This document shows, in pieces, positions 34,770-49,355 of a DNA stretch of 64,000 nucleotides. A model generated the notes under the pieces. That model was not told where the DNA came from. It saw only the letters and a program-made list of their open reading frames with translations, and did not search any database. The DNA lies in the NCBI RefSeq assembly GCF_964194025.1, contig NC_134475.1:44144001-44208000 (forward strand). Direction: 5' to 3'. The DNA is from Convolutriloba macropyga. Lineage: Eukaryota. Position 1 is the first letter of the stretch, and each line of letters starts with the position of its first letter. The position numbers and the translations under genes are program-made.

Positions 34770-37247
34770 CAGTACTTGTGCCTGAAATTCAAAGGATGTT
34801 AAGTTCTGTAACGGATCACTATACTGTCCAAATCGTGTTCTCTGACTACGTCGGAAAGACTGTACCACTGAAAAACAAAGTTTACAGGGATTGGACGGTT
34901 CTTGAAAACCACTTAATTTTAGAAAAAATGGTTTTAAAAATAAGAGACAAATTAGGCAGACTTATGTCGCACTTTTATGCTTTGGATTGTGATCTTGCAT
35001 TTGGAAAGTTCCAAGAGGCTATCATTGAGGAAGTTGACAATTATATTCCATTGAAAAAATCAAAACCTTCTAAGCAACCAAATTGGATTGACAACAGTAT
35101 AAAAAATTTAGCAGCAAAAAAACAGAGCTTATTCTAGACCTTTTTGAGATACAAAAATAATAAAAACAAGGAAAAGTTCAATAAAATCAGGAATAAGCTG
35201 AGAAAGAAAATAAAAGAATCTATTATCAGAAAATGTTGCACAAAAACGCAAAAAACAATAATTCCAGCAGCTTTTTTAATACAATGAAAACATTGAGTGG
35301 AAGTACACGAAAAGAACGAGAGGAGTTGTCAGAGAAACAGATTGAAGGTTTTAACATTTACTTCACAACTATCGGAACAATTTTATCGAATAAATTATTT
35401 GATCTTGGAAAAATTGGAAGACAAAAAAGAACTTTAAACAGCATGTTTTCGACCTCAACAAATGAAGCCGAAATATCACTAGTCATTAAAAAATTGAAAA
35501 ACAAATACAGCACTGATTGTGACGGTCTCAATAACTTTATACTTAAAAAAATAGAATATGCTATAGTTCCTACATTGACGTTTTTAGTCAATAAGTGTTT
35601 CGAAAAAGGAACCTTCCCAAAATGTTTGAAAAAAGCAGTAGTAATTCCAATACATAAGTGCGGGAATGCTTACGAAGCTCAGAACTACAGGCCAATTAGT
35701 TCTGAGCTTCGAAGCTTACGAAGCTCAGAACTACAGGCTCAGAACTACAGGCCAACCAACGGTTGGAAAAATACTAGAAAAAATACTATGTGATCGAATG
35801 ACCAGATTCCTCGAGAAATACGAATTGCTTAATAAAAATCAATTTGGATTCCGACAAAAAAGAGGGACTACTGATGCATTAGTTAGTTTCCTCGAGGGAA
35901 TCAGAGAAGACTGGGAAAATGGATTTAAAGAAGTGAAGGCTGTCTTCATAGATCTGAAGAAAGCATTTGATACAATTGACAAAAATTGCTCCTGGAAAAG
36001 CTAGAAAACATAGGAATGAGAGGACCTGTACATAAGTTATCTGAGTGACAGACAACAATGCGTCAAATCGGTTGAGTTTAGGTCGGAATTCTTACCAATA
36101 GAATATGGAGTGCCGCAGGGCTCGGTGCTAGGACCACCGCTCTTTCTAGTTTATATAAATGATATTCAAGAGTTCTGCGGTGACTCAACTGCAATTTTGT
36201 TTGCTGATGACGCTGTTTTGAAGCAAAATGCGTTTTCAAGTAAAGAAACATTTGAGAAGTCAATCGAAACTGTAGCCGACTATCTTTTGCGAAACAAACT
36301 GACACTCAATTTAGAAAAGACGCACCTTGTGAATTTGAACGCAAAACGAAAATCTTCTCAACAAGAGATAATTTTGCAGAATGATGTGATCAGTCAAAAA
36401 ACGTCTTTAAAATACTTAGGAGTACATATTGATGAAAAACTTAATTTTAATCGGCATATCCTCGAGTTATGTGCGAGAAACTGTCCAAATTTTCTGGATT
36501 GTTTTATAAGTTGAGACCAATTTTAACAACTGCACAGCTTCCTGTAACATATAAAGTGTACGTACAACCAATACTAAATTATGGTGTTTTAGTCTATGGA
36601 ACTAGTAGCAAGACAACACTTCAGCCTCTAGAAGCAAAAATAAAACAAATTGCCAGAATCATGTTTAAAAAGAGAAAAACGGAATCAACACTGCAAAATC
36701 GAGAAAAGTATAAAATGCATTCGATCAAAGATTTGCACATTTTTGAACTGTTTAAAAATTAACAGAGATACTTAGATTGGAATGCGAAATAAATAGTCTA
36801 AAATTTCTTATAACAAAGAAAGAAATAGAGTCAGTTGAGTTAAGAAGAACATCATCCCGTCAGTTAAAAAAGTACAAACGCGGTTAGTGGACTTAGCCCT
36901 AAACAATTAGGAGTAAGAATAAGAAAATTGTTGAACTTTATTTCAAAATTTAACCCCAATTTCATTTCAGAAGTACAAATCTTGAGTGAAAAAGAACTGA
37001 AACCTTATCAGTATAGTTTTAGAGACAATTACATTAGCAATAACCAACAAATAGTTTCGTTAATATATTGAGCTGATCATTTCAAATCTTTTGCATCTCA
37101 AGCATCTGACAATCTGTCTTTTAAAGTTTCTTAGTACTGCTACTGGCATCACTTGACGTGGACCATCGGACCTTTTGATGACCTATCAAGTAAGTGGCGG
37201 TTCTGTGCGGCCTAGTTTGTACAGCAATGCTAACTTATTTGAAAACA

Positions 37248-37290
<43 letters not shown>
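34770..37290 (+). mobile_element. 5'-truncated, frameshifted non-LTR retrotransposon (APE-RT LINE, CR1/L2-like) with (ATT)n tail
   Basis: TDH (end of APE domain), NYRPIS, QFGFR, FIDLKKAFDTID, PQGSVLGP, FADD and KYLGV motifs; ATT repeat at 37251-37290. Confidence 0.93.
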
Positions 37291-37292
<2 letters not shown>

Positions 37293-39380
37293 GTTCTGCC
37301 TATTGTTGTCGCTTTTTTCCTTTCTCATATTTTTCAATTTAACTGTTTTCGATTTGCAAGATTTGATGATCTCTTTGTGGTATTATCACGAAGTCTCATT
37401 GATGAAGGGATCATTTTACTTTTTCCCAAGGCGCTGACAAAAAACTGAGTATTTGAGGTCAACAACTTGAGCTTTTGACGACTTGGAAAATGCTTGCATT
37501 CAAAAAAAAATGATGGCCTTCTGCATTTTCTGTTTGGTCGTTTTTTTGACTTGATAGTTAGTTTCATTTTTAGCAGCTCCCTGCTGCTTTCTTTAAAAAG
37601 TTAAGGGGATTTGTTTAGTGAATCGTGTTTGCAAAATTTGGAGCGTGATAATCTCTTTTCATGTTATTTCTGGCACCTGGCCGCTCAATGCAATTAAGAA
37701 ATTATATAAAGTTTTCATTTTTTGATTTTAAGAGCCAGTTACTGATATTTATTGCAGTTACACGTTTTAACGTGAAGCTATGTGCTTTTAACTTTAACTC
37801 CATTAACTTTAATTTTTGTTGAGTCTCAGGAAATGTTCCTTTTGTTCTCTCCACGCTGGTTTTCCGCAAAATCATTGATCTCGATGATAAATAGAATGGA
37901 TGTTGTATAATAGAACAACTTATACGATTTGTATAGAATCTATCAAAATTGCATTTCTGAGAAATTGCGGTTCCCATATGTCCAATTTTGTTTCTGTTTC
38001 TTTTTTGCTTTTATTTCTGTTTAATATTTTTTTGGTAACTAACAAAAGCTGACTCACTAGCTTGTTCTTTTCGTTGCATTTTAAATGAGGACCTGTGATC
38101 ATTTGCATTTTCTGATCAAGGCAACACGCGTTAAGAAGTCAAAAAGTCCTGTTCGCTGAACTTTAACATTCTGCAGTTGAAATTGTGTTCCTGCCTTCAT
38201 TTGATACCGCCTGCATTATTGGTTTTTTGCCAACCGCTTGATAAATTTTTCGAGCGCACTTACTTGATAATCCCAAACAAAATTAAAGTTATTAACTGAA
38301 TTATCATAAAGCTTAAATGGTTTCTTGAATGAACTTAGTGTTTAAAGTCTCCTTTGAAAAAAGGAAAGATGTTGAACTCAGAATGTAAACCTTGTTTGAC
38401 AAAATTAGGTGTTCACTTGACCTTCGTTTTGTTTTTTTTCTGCTCAAGAAATTGTATTGTTTTCTTTTTTCGACTATATATGAAATGTTTTACTCAGTTC
38501 AAATTTTGTTCATTCCAGTAAAAAAATAAGCCAGACGTGAATCAACTCACTTAACTCACAAAGCAGAATCTACTCTTTATTATTTTGATTTTTTTCTATC
38601 TCTTTGATTTGGTAGATATTTAAGCCAAGAATGTAGTTGACCGGAGTCAGAACATCTTGCAGAACAGCAGATTACCGAGCCTCCCTGTTCTTTTAGATTA
38701 ATGTCCTCGTTCTTGCTATAAATTTGATCAGATTTTGATCAGATGCATTGTATGAAGACGGGTATACTGAGAAATTCTTAAATCTAACCTTAAATAATGC
38801 ATCTGAGCAAAAAAAAGTTTCAAACGCACGATGAATTTTTGTACTATTCACACTGAACGAATACATTGAAGCTTTTACTGAAATGGGAGGACATCGATCA
38901 ATATAAGATGACTACTCTTGAATATAACCATATTGTTTGTTCCATTTTTATAAGTTTCACAGTTGGTAGCAGCTTTGCGAAAGCTGAAAATTTCCAGGCA
39001 GTTTTTAGTTTGGTTTTCAAACAAAGTGATTAATTTATTAGATGTGCATATGAACGAATGCGTTCTTACGTTAATTAGATGAACAAAGTCTATTGATTCA
39101 GTACGTCATCGTTTACGATGGAAAGTATAGGGCTCGTTTGGTAAAGACCCCAGCTATCTTAATTGCATCATATTATAAGCATGGGAGTACACATTTCTCT
39201 CAGTCGCAAAACATTTTAAAATTACGGAGAAGCGCACTGGTTATCCTGTGAGCTTTTACCCTATTATATTCTCCTGCTGATAAGGGTGCTTTGTTTCAGC
39301 CGTTTATCAGGTTTAAAGTTTAAAAAATTTATCATGTGATTTAGAGCTGATAATGATTTAAAAGATCAACACACTCTTAC

Positions 39381-39581
39381 CAGAAGAAGAAGCACATTTG
39401 AAGAATACAAGATAATAATGCAATTGAGATTATTGCCACTTTCTTTTCAGGCTCGCAAATGAAGAACAGAACGTGTGCGTCTCCAGTCGCAACGAGGCCA
39501 ATCACTGCGAACACAATACAGCTGAAACACAACACAGAAGCCATGTAAAGTGGAAATAGCAGTGATGCTATGTGGGGCCGC
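39381..39581 (-). CDS. SLC35G/EamA-like transporter, internal exon
   Basis: Hydrophobic 67-codon exon; the TCTTCCCCCAG acceptor and GTAAGA donor are both phase 2 and compatible with the flanking exons. The acceptor position is less certain. Confidence 0.62.
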
Positions 39582-40079
39582 CTGGGGGAAGACACTGAGT
39601 GAGCCGAGCGCTGGTAGAGCAGGATATGTTAAAATGAACAGAAAAAGCTATAATAACAGTGTTAAAGATTAGTTCGAGGGCAACCCGACATCACACCATG
39701 GTCAACAAATGGAGAGCTATTCAGAATCAAATTGAAACCAGATACTTTGAAAGGGAAAAGACAATTCTGCTTTAGTTCTCATTCGGCTATACGCCCGATT
39801 GCACACCTTTTAGTTTTTTGTTTGATGAGAAAAATTTTGTAAGTATAAAGAGAAATCAGTACAAGCGCTCCAACAGTATACCCTCGTGAGCAGTTTGCAT
39901 TCAGTAACAAGGTTGCAAAACCAACTTTTAAATTCTGTCAGAGAAACCGTTGGGAGTATCAAAAAGCAACGTATATGCATTGGAAGAAATTACTTGTACT
40001 GTTTGAACTAAAAATGCCGTTTTTTTCGGCAGCCTAAAACTTTTCAACAAATTCTAGAAAGATAAGTGTAGTACCATTT

Positions 40080-42100
40080 GAAACAAACGGACACAGAAAA
40101 ATCATACAAACACACATACACTACACATTACACAAACAAACACCGACAAACAAACACAAAGCCCAACACCAAAAAAATTTTAATTTGTTTTGGGAACCAA
40201 TACTCAAGGTTCCTCAATGTTTACTTGTGTCTGTCTTCTTTGTTTTTTCCTAAAAAAATTAGGCGTGGACTTTCTCAGGCAATTGTATCGGTAACTGTAA
40301 TTTTGACACGAAACTTTGAAACAGTTCTTTTTGAAGTTTTGAACTTTGATTTTGATCAATTTTGATATTTCATGAACATAATGGGACATTTTTTTAAGAA
40401 AAATTTTTATCGAACAAACAGTTTTGAATTAGTTTTGGACTTAATTTTTTTGCAATTTGTAGCAAATAATAGGTATTTTATAATTTTGTCATGATTTTTG
40501 AGAGTTTTTGCATTCTATTTTTGTCCAACAATTAGAGGAATTGCCTCAGACTAATTCTTTCTTCTTCTTTCTCTTGTAAAATGCACATAGCACACACGTC
40601 ACAAACAGACATTTATACTCCCATTCAAGCGTGCACACAAATACACATCCCGAAAATGAAAAAAACATTAAATTTTCTTTTTGGCAAATGATATTCAATA
40701 TTCAAAATTTTCAGGCTTGGAACTGTAAGGAAATGCTGACGAATCTCCATTTAACCTGACTAAATTTACTACAAATTTATCATTTTCTATAATAAATTTC
40801 AACGCGATCTGTCACCCCGCATTATATTCCCCCGTTTTCAAAAAAATTTGAACAATTAGCGTTAAGACATTTTTGTGGATAATTTTACTGACTTAAAGGG
40901 CGTCATGATTTGGTGAGCCAGGATAGACGGAATGAGTATTATTTCTTCTCCACAAATGAGGCTACGATGTAACATAGGAAAACTAAAAAGTTTTCATAAT
41001 AACTGAAAAAGAAAAGAAAATTTCTTCTTCTTGCACAAAGGAAACTTTCGATTAACGTCTTGATGGTTTTTCCTGGAAAATTTGATGCCACCGTCACACA
41101 TAATAAAAACATTACAAAAACGCACACCCATACATACACAGAGAAGTGTGCACTTACACTCAAACAAATGCCGACCTCTCCACCAAACAAAAATTTTTTG
41201 GTATCTGATCTTTACACATAAATCGTCGCCGTTCATTTATGTCTTGTTTTCTGGAGAAACAGGTTTGGCCTTCTTGAGGCAACTGTATTAGTTATCGCAA
41301 AAACGACACGAAATCTGAAACCAAGTTTGTGAAAACTTTCCAAATGCCATGTCATCTTTTGATTTTTCATCAGCAGAATGGAACAAGAACTTTTTGAGAA
41401 TCTCGCAGTCGTGCCATCAGCCAGATTGAAAACACAGAATCGCCAGTCTCCGCATTGTGGTGTTGGACATATTTAAAGCCTTAATTTTTAGCAAATGATG
41501 AGTAATATTTCCAATTTTCAAAGATTCCGGACAGTTTTTGCACTCGGCCTCTATTTGTGTCTAACGCTTGAACAAACTATTTCTCTCACACTAATATTCT
41601 TTCTCTCTCTCTGTCTTACATACATACCACAAAATACACACACATACATACACTGACACAAGCGCAAAAACACAATCTCATACTATTCTCGACACAAAAG
41701 AAACATTTTATATAACTTCTTTTCCGCCTCTGATCTTTACTCTTGTTCGTCAGCGATGTTTTATGCCCTGATTGTTTCTTACGTGATAACTAGATTTGGA
41801 CTTTTTGGGCAATTGTATCGATTATCGTAAAATTGACTCAAAAGCTGAATTAACCTTTTTGAAGTTTTTCGAAAAATTTTGAGTTTTGACGCTTCATGAG
41901 CATAATCGGTCTATTCCTTTCTCTTAAAAACCTTGAGGTTATATTAATAGCTAGATTGATCAAACATAAATTTGGTTTTGAAAATATTTAGGAACTTTAG
42001 CGAAGTTTTGGAATTTTTCTAACTTTTTAATATTTCTGAAAATTTTTGCACTCTGCCTCTAGCTGTGTATAAAATGTAAAGGAACGATTAAAGCCGTTCT
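40080..42100. repeat. Old degenerate ~500-bp-period repeats with CA-rich tracts
   Basis: CA-rich blocks near 40100, 40590, 41120 and 41620; a recurring ggcaattgtatcg..cgtaa motif; 40710-40950 resembles 49530-49650. Confidence 0.5.
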
Positions 42101-42755
42101 TAAGGGCTCTTATTTAGTAGCATTGGGGGAACTTTCGTTATCAGTAAGATTTGCGTTTTGGCCTTTCGATCTATGTCAGTTCTTAAAGAAATAGGAAAAT
42201 TTAAAAATTTTGATAATAACTGAAAAAGAAAAAAAATTTTCTTCTTCTTGCAAAAAACATTTTCGATTATTCTGTGACAGTTTCAAAATTTTTGTTTTTT
42301 ACTGTACAAGAACTCAACGGCTGGAAAAGATCAGTTCGAAGAGCAGTTCCAAAACAAAAAAAAAACTTTCTCAATTTCAAAAAAATTATGAACATGTCAA
42401 TTAAATTTTTCAACCTGGACACCCATAAACTCCCTAACTCTCAAACTAATTTGTGTTTTATTATACTGGAGGAGATTCGTTCGATCTATCTTCTCTGACA
42501 TTATAAAGAACAGAAATCAAAACGATCGAAGATTTTTTTCAATAAAGAATAAGGATGTTCATAAGGATGTATATTTAATGAAACCGGTTTATTTTTATGT
42601 CTCCAAGCATTGAGAAACACTCAAATGATTAGTTCTGATTAAATGAGAGGAACGTTTTGCAATTTTTTGGAATTTAGAAAAAAAACAGTTTTCTGCTTTT
42701 AGATAGTTTAAATTTTCAAAGTTTATTTCTGATATTTTGAGAGCTCTGAACTACC

Positions 42756-42968
42756 TGTACGTTCGCGATAGCTGTTTACTATGTAAATAAAGGATTGAAT
42801 TAAATATTGAATTGAATGTCCTTTGAATCAAGAGAAATTAGTAGCTAAACAAAGCGAGTGAATTTTAAGCGGGAAAATTTGCGTGTGTTTACACAATTGA
42901 ACAAAATCAGCCTTAGCGAGTAACATCAAAAGTCATTACATGCGTTGAGTAATTTATATGTTTATACA
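42756..42968 (-). repeat. 3' LTR (213 bp)
   Basis: By eye, differs from the 5' LTR by one 4-nt indel and one substitution. Confidence 0.95.
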
Positions 42969-43263
42969 TTGCCGCCCCCGTTGATGTCTGGCATCAAAAA
43001 TAATATAAATGAAATATTACTTCAGATCATATGTCAGTTTTTGATAGCATCAACCGCTATTCAATCTTGTATCACAAAAAGAATCATATTTGGACCAAGT
43101 TTAGTCCTTGCGAAGTGAGGCTTGTAAGAATCCAACTTCCAGTTGTAAAATATTCCCGTGTCCGGGTGCACAGGTACCGAAAGTGTGCTCGTGGGAAGGA
43201 CGGCAGGCGGGATCGAGTTGGCTCCTTTCTGCAGGACCATTTTCCAGAGCTTTTGGATTGAGG

Positions 43264-46200
43264 TTAGCTTGTGTTGATTGGTATCTTTCTGAGTTTTACT
43301 ATGGGTCTGTTTGAGAATTTGCCATTTCCTGTTTTTATTTTGGCTACTCTGACCAAATTGTCATTTCCTGTATATGTTTCATGCACAATTCCCAGAGACC
43401 ATGATAAGGGAGGACTGTTGTCATCTGTGATGTACACTAAATCTCCTTTTGTCAGGTTTTGCTTTTCGGCCATGTTTTTTGACCTGGTCTGCAACTGGGA
43501 TAAATATTCAGTTGTCCATTTCTTCCAAAATTCTGCTATGAGTTTCTGCAAGTATTGAAAGCGCTTATTTGGATCTTCCTCATCTTTTGTTTTTGGGATT
43601 GGGGAAACAACCAAAGGCAATTGATGATTATGAAAGCCGGTTAATAGCATAGCAGGGTTTAAGGGATAACTGTCTTTTGCATCATCTGAGACAACTGTGA
43701 GCGGTCTCGAGTTAAGTACAGCTTCGACTTGGCATAGCATTGTATACACTTCATCCAAATAGAGGTTAGCTGTTATTCGATTTGACTCCTGCTTCCCATA
43801 GTCCACCAAAATGTGAAGCTTTGGCTGGAATTGTTGACCAGTTGATGCCTAAATCTAGAACAGCTTGAGGTAAACAATCAGTTCCGTATTTCTCTCTCAG
43901 TATCCTTTTGAGTTTTATGAGATCATTCAATGATCCTATAAAGTTTGTACCATTGTCTGAAAATATGCGTGCTGGGCATCCTCGTCGAGAAATGAACCGT
44001 CTGATAGCTTTCATGCATTCCTGTGTATTCAGTGCCTTAGTGACATCCAAATGAATGGCTTTTGTAACGAAGCATACGAAGACTACCAAATAACATTTGG
44101 CTTCAGTCTTGTCACATCTGTAAGGCATTGGACCGGCGAAGTCTATGCCCACGTTACTGAATGGTGGAGCAGGGTTGACTCGTTCTTGTGGTAGGTCGCC
44201 TAAGAGTTGAGAGAGGTTACGGCCATTAAACCGAAAACATGTGATGCAGTTTCCAACTATAGACCTTGTCAGCGTTTTCACTCGAATTATCCAGAACTTC
44301 TGACGCGTATGAACAACTGTTGCGTTTACGCCTGAATGTAACACTCGCTGATGACTGTCAAGTACGATTAACCTCGAAAGATGATTTTTGTAAGGCAAAA
44401 TTGATTGAAATTTGGCAGATTCATTCAAGCAATCTGCTGCTACTAGACGTCCACCAACCTTTAAAACTCTTTCCTCATCTATGAAGGGATAAAGTTGAAG
44501 GATTCTCGATTTTCGGCTTATGCTTTGGCTTTTCTGCAATTTGTCTATTTCATCAATATAGTTTTGCTTCTGCACATCTCTAACAAGCATATTTAATGCT
44601 TGTCGCTTGAATTCTTTTCTCTCGATAGGCTTTTTAAGCAAAATATAAGCAAACTTTAGAATGCTTTGCTACTCTTATTGCTTTGTCGAGACTTCCGTAA
44701 CGTTCAATAGGGAATAATTGGTCGATATGGTGATTCGACTGCTCTATGTTTTGATCATTGAGCGGGTCGTTTTCCTCCCCCACAGGTTCGGGAATAGTGC
44801 CCGAATCTATTGTTAATATTTGGCTCCGCACTACTTCCTTCTTTACTTCTGTTGATTGAAGAATTTCTGGTTGTTTTGGGATAGTCAGCTTTCTATCAGA
44901 GAGCCATTGTGGGCCTTCCGACCACATTCTAAGGGATGAAAGCTGTTTTGCTGGCACCGGGCGCGTAGTATGATCGGCCGGATTTTCTTCTGTCGGCACG
45001 TATCGCCATTTTTCTGGTTGAATTATTTGTTGGACTTTGGCCACACGGTTTGCTATGAATGTTGAGAATCTGCTAGGGGTAGAATTAATCCAAGCTAAGG
45101 CAACTGTTGAATCACTCCAAGCATATATTTCAGTTGTAAATCCATTTTGGTTTACCGTTGTCGGAACTGTTTGTATCATCTGCGCTCCTAGAACCATTGA
45201 GCACAGTTCAAGTCTCGGTATGCTGAGTGTTTTTCTGGGCGCTAATCTGGACTTGGAACATAGCAAGGTAGACTTGGTCTGAGATGCTCCCAGTGATCGG
45301 GCATATATAGCGGCTCCGTACGCTTTTTCAGAAGCATCGCAAAATAAGTGAAGTTGCATTTTTTCAATAGCGAAGTTGGCCACAAAGCGTGGTATACGTA
45401 GCTCAGATAGATGATGTAATCCAATCATCCAAGCTTTAAATTGGTCAGTTATGGTTGCCCCAACATCATCATCCCATCCAATTTCATGTTCCCAAGTCAT
45501 TTGGAAAAGAATTTTGCATTGAAGCGTTACTGGTGTTAGGAGACCGATAGGGTCAAATATTTTACCCATATTGCTAGATATTGCTCTTCTGGTGGTTATA
45601 TGTACATTTTCAGGATAGGGCAAGTTGCTGTTAACTGAATCTATCAACATTCTGTTGTTAGATGAAGTAAAAGTTGATTTTTTACCTTCTTTATTTTGAC
45701 CAGTTTTTTGATTCGGCTGCGGCTTTGGCGTTCTTTTGTCGAACATAGGTTTGTTGGACCTGGAATCTTTTTGATCGAAAAGTTTCGGGCATGGTTCAGT
45801 TTTCGAATGGTGTTGTTTTTCACTACCAAATTTTTCATTTTTTGCGAAAATTTTGTCCCCAAACGTGACCACTAATTTTTGTTTTTCGGTTTTTTGGTTT
45901 TCTGTGTTTGAGTAGTTATTTTCAGGTTCTGAAAGTTCGGATGACTTCGGGCAGCTATCAGTATCTGAGGCAACATCTCGGATATCACCAATGGGCGTTT
46001 TTTGCAGATTTTTGTCGACACCAGTTTTGACCGTTTTTTCGCCTTTTTGTGGGATTTTTGATGTTTTTTCTTGATTAAACCCTGTTAAAAATTGCATTGA
46101 ATTAATCGGGCAAACATGGGGAGTTGCATGATTAGAAGCGTGGGAGTCCAATAAATGGATTTCCTTTAGTTTTTTACAGTCAAGGTTGACCACTAATTGT

Positions 46201-49125
46201 GGAAAATCCGATTTTTGAAACTCGTCAAGTTCGACTGATGGACACTCAATAACTGTTTTTTCGTGTTCGGGCAGATTCATTGTAACAACGCTGCACTGAA
46301 TTTTGGGTCTATTGAAATAGAAAGTGTCGGTTTTGGGCTGCCAGTTGAGACCGAGTTTTGATGGTGTGGTCATGTTCACCGATGAAAAGATCTGTATTTT
46401 CTTGTAGATCCGGGAAAATGGCTTCCATAACCTCATGTGAGTTGCTTGCCCACTTGCGAATAGACATCCCAATGAGTTCTAGAGTAGTTGTAATGTTCTT
46501 GAACAGGCCAATGACTTGCTCTTTTGTGTCACCGCCACCAAGAAGGTCATCAACATAAAATGAGTTGAGTAATGAATTTTTGCAATGAATTGATGGAGCA
46601 TCTTTTGCTGTATCACGTAGTGCCCTGATAGCGTGGTATGAACTAGAAGAAACGCCGTATATGACTCGTGTCATACGGTACTTCTTTATTGGTTGCTTTT
46701 GACTACTTCGCCAATACATCTGATGAAAGTTACGGTCCTTTTCGTTTAGTTCGATTTGGCGGTACATTTTTGTGATATCACCTGATAAAGCAATGCGATG
46801 GAGACGAAATTGAATCAGTATCTCAAAAAGGTCGGGCTGCTGTTTTGGACCAACCAGGAGACAATCGTTGAGACTTCTTCCGTTCGTTGTTTTTGCTGAT
46901 GCGTTGAAAACTGCTCTGCATTTTGTAGTCGTAGAGCTTGATTTCCATACTGCGTGATGTGGCATCACAAAGTGTTTCTCGGGTGGCAGATTATGGTCGC
47001 TTTCAGGCACTGGTTCTAAATGTCCTGTCTCAATCATCTCTTGAAAGAATTCTGTGTATTGAGTTTGGGCATCTGCGTTTCGTGAAAGCTTGTTTTCGTT
47101 AACCAAAAATTGTCTGAGCGCTTTTCGAGATGATTCTCCAATGTCGGGCAACCATTCCTGACTGTCTGGATCAAAAATGGCTTCATGTTGGTCAATTGGT
47201 AGTCGAACTTGAGGCCTTCCATTTTGGCCATATGTTGTTGTCGTGTCATAGTGATTAATGCAAACCAATTCTTTGGGAGTGAACATGGCTGGAGGAAGTG
47301 CTGGAACATCTTCGATTTCCCAAAATTTGGCAAAGGACTTGATTTCGTTGTCAAGGAGGCATATTGCATTCGACTTTACATCAGGTTTGTTTGCTGATTC
47401 TAGGTTAGCTAATCCTGAAACTGTCCAGCCTAGCGTAGTTTCTGTGAGGCATAAGGAACCTTGTTTCAGTATTCGTCCTTTTATTATCTGTGTGTATGCA
47501 GAAATACCGAGTAGTATGTCTATTTCGCCTGGTTGCCAAAATTGATCATCAGCCAAATTATAATTGACCAAGTCTGCGTAGTCAGTCTCTGAAAGGGGCT
47601 GATTAGGATTTTCACTGGCTGTAATTGTCTTCAGCACTACGCAGTTGAGAGTAATATTTTCCCCTGTTTTGGGAATAATTTCAAGTTTGAGAGAACCGTC
47701 AACTGGCATTGAGTCTTTCTGATTGACCCCTATGATTCTTTCATTGGAAGGTTTTGGTTCTAATCCCAGTGTCTTGCAGGCTTTTACTGTAACTGCATTG
47801 ATATGAGCTCCTGTGTCTAACAATGCTCTTAGATTGTGTACTTGTTTGTTTCTACCAATTACTTGAACACGAGCAGTTGGTAAAATAGTCATTTGGGAAG
47901 ATTTTTGAGTCAAATTACAAGCATGTGTGCCTGGTGTAGCATTGAAAGCCTGATGTAAAAATGTATGATGCTTACCCTGGCATGTTTTGCATCTAGACTG
48001 TGACGAACATTGGTCACTTTCGTGATTGAATCTCAAGCAATTTTGACAGGACTTACTGGCGGCTATGGCAGACTGCTTATCTTTTGCTGAAAGGCCCTTG
48101 AATTTTGAGCAAGCCCACGGCGCATGGCATTCCTTGCATTGAGTCACGACACACGGATGTTTGAAGACTTGCTTCGATCGCTCATCCCGTCCAGTGACGT
48201 GCAGTTGTTTGGGGGGAATGGGATCGTTTAGCATTTCCATCGATCTTACCCTGTTGTCAAGAAAGGTCATCAGTTCGTCAAATTTGAGACATTCAGTGCC
48301 TTCATTTTTGAGTTCCCATGCTTTCTGAGAGTCGATATCCAATTTTGTGAAAAGAAGATAGTGCCACATGTCGTTATCAACTTGTCGGCCAAGTGAGTGA
48401 ATCGACTGAGTTACTTCATTGAAAGTACTGTGTAGCAGACGGAGTTGGTACTTGCTTTCTCCTCTCACAGGCTTGAAATCAACAGCCCTAGCTTGCAATG
48501 TGCGTAGAATTATGCGATCGTTTTTGTATCGCTGCTCGAGTAGATTTCTTGCAGTCTCGTAGTTACTGTCAGTTGATGATAGGCTTTTTATTAGTTTTTC
48601 AGGGGGACCTGATAAGCAACTTTTCAGATAAACAAGTCGCTGGCTGTTTGACAATTTCGTGTTGAGGTGCACGGCTGTATCGAATTGATCGATAAAGGCT
48701 ATCCAGTCAGTGAATTTGCCATCGAATTTGGGTAGCTGTATCTGTGGTAGCTTTGCAACATGCGGCTGGTGCTGTGTTGCATCTCCGAAAGACGTATTCA
48801 TAGTCACGTTTTCGTCCACCTTTTCCAGCTCAAATTTGTCTATGGCTTTTCCCATTTGAAATAGTTTCTTGCGGACTACTGTGTGCTTGCCTTGAACCAG
48901 ATCGAATTCTGTATCGTACTGATCGTCCTGCACTGTTTCCAAATAGGATTCGTCTAGTTGCTGTTGAATTTTGAAGCATTCAGTAGCTTCGGAGAGGGCC
49001 AATCTGAGCTCGTCTTCGTTAAATGGCTGGCTAAGTCTATCCCATTCATCAAAGATCTTGTTGAGCTGTCGTGAATTGGCACGCCTCCTTCTGGAACTTG
49101 TCTCTGTAGACGCTGCTTGGCTCAT
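43264..49125 (-). pseudogene. BEL/Pao gag-pol polyprotein broken by three frameshifts (~46340, ~44640, ~43780)
   Basis: LPQIQLPKFDG gag, three CCHC-type knuckles, LLDTGA protease, YVDD RT, FCDASEKAYGA RNase H, H..H/C..C and GIDFAGP, SDNGTNF, GGLWEA integrase motifs. Confidence 0.95.
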
Positions 49126-49146
49126 TTTGTCGGCGGACCAGAATAA

Positions 49147-49355
49147 TGTACGTTCGCGATAGCTGTTTACTATGTAAATAAAGGATTGAATTAAATATTG
49201 AATTGTCTTTTGAATCAAGAGAAATTAGTAGCTAAACAAAGCGAGTGAATTTTAAGCGGGAAAATTTGCGTGTGTTTACACAATTGAACAAAATCAGCCT
49301 TAGCGAGTAACATCAAAAGTCATTACATGCGTTGAGTAATTTATATGTTTATACA
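49147..49355 (-). repeat. 5' LTR (209 bp)
   Basis: Direct repeat of 42756-42968, followed by TSD CTACC. Confidence 0.95.

Larger units (their letters stand above)
42756..49355 (-). mobile_element. Full-length BEL/Pao LTR retrotransposon
   Basis: TG..CA LTRs at 49147-49355 and 42756-42968; TSD CTACC on both sides; PBS-like TGGTCCGCCGAC; PPT GGGGGCGGCAA; gag-PR-RT-RH-IN order. Confidence 0.97.

Noticed and set aside
37330-38900. Possible decayed minus-strand LINE endonuclease region
   Set aside because: Only vague motif echoes; not supportable by eye.
49126-49218. N-terminal 31 aa of ORF 46309-49218
   Set aside because: Reads through the LTR and PBS; the gag start is more plausibly ATG 49125.
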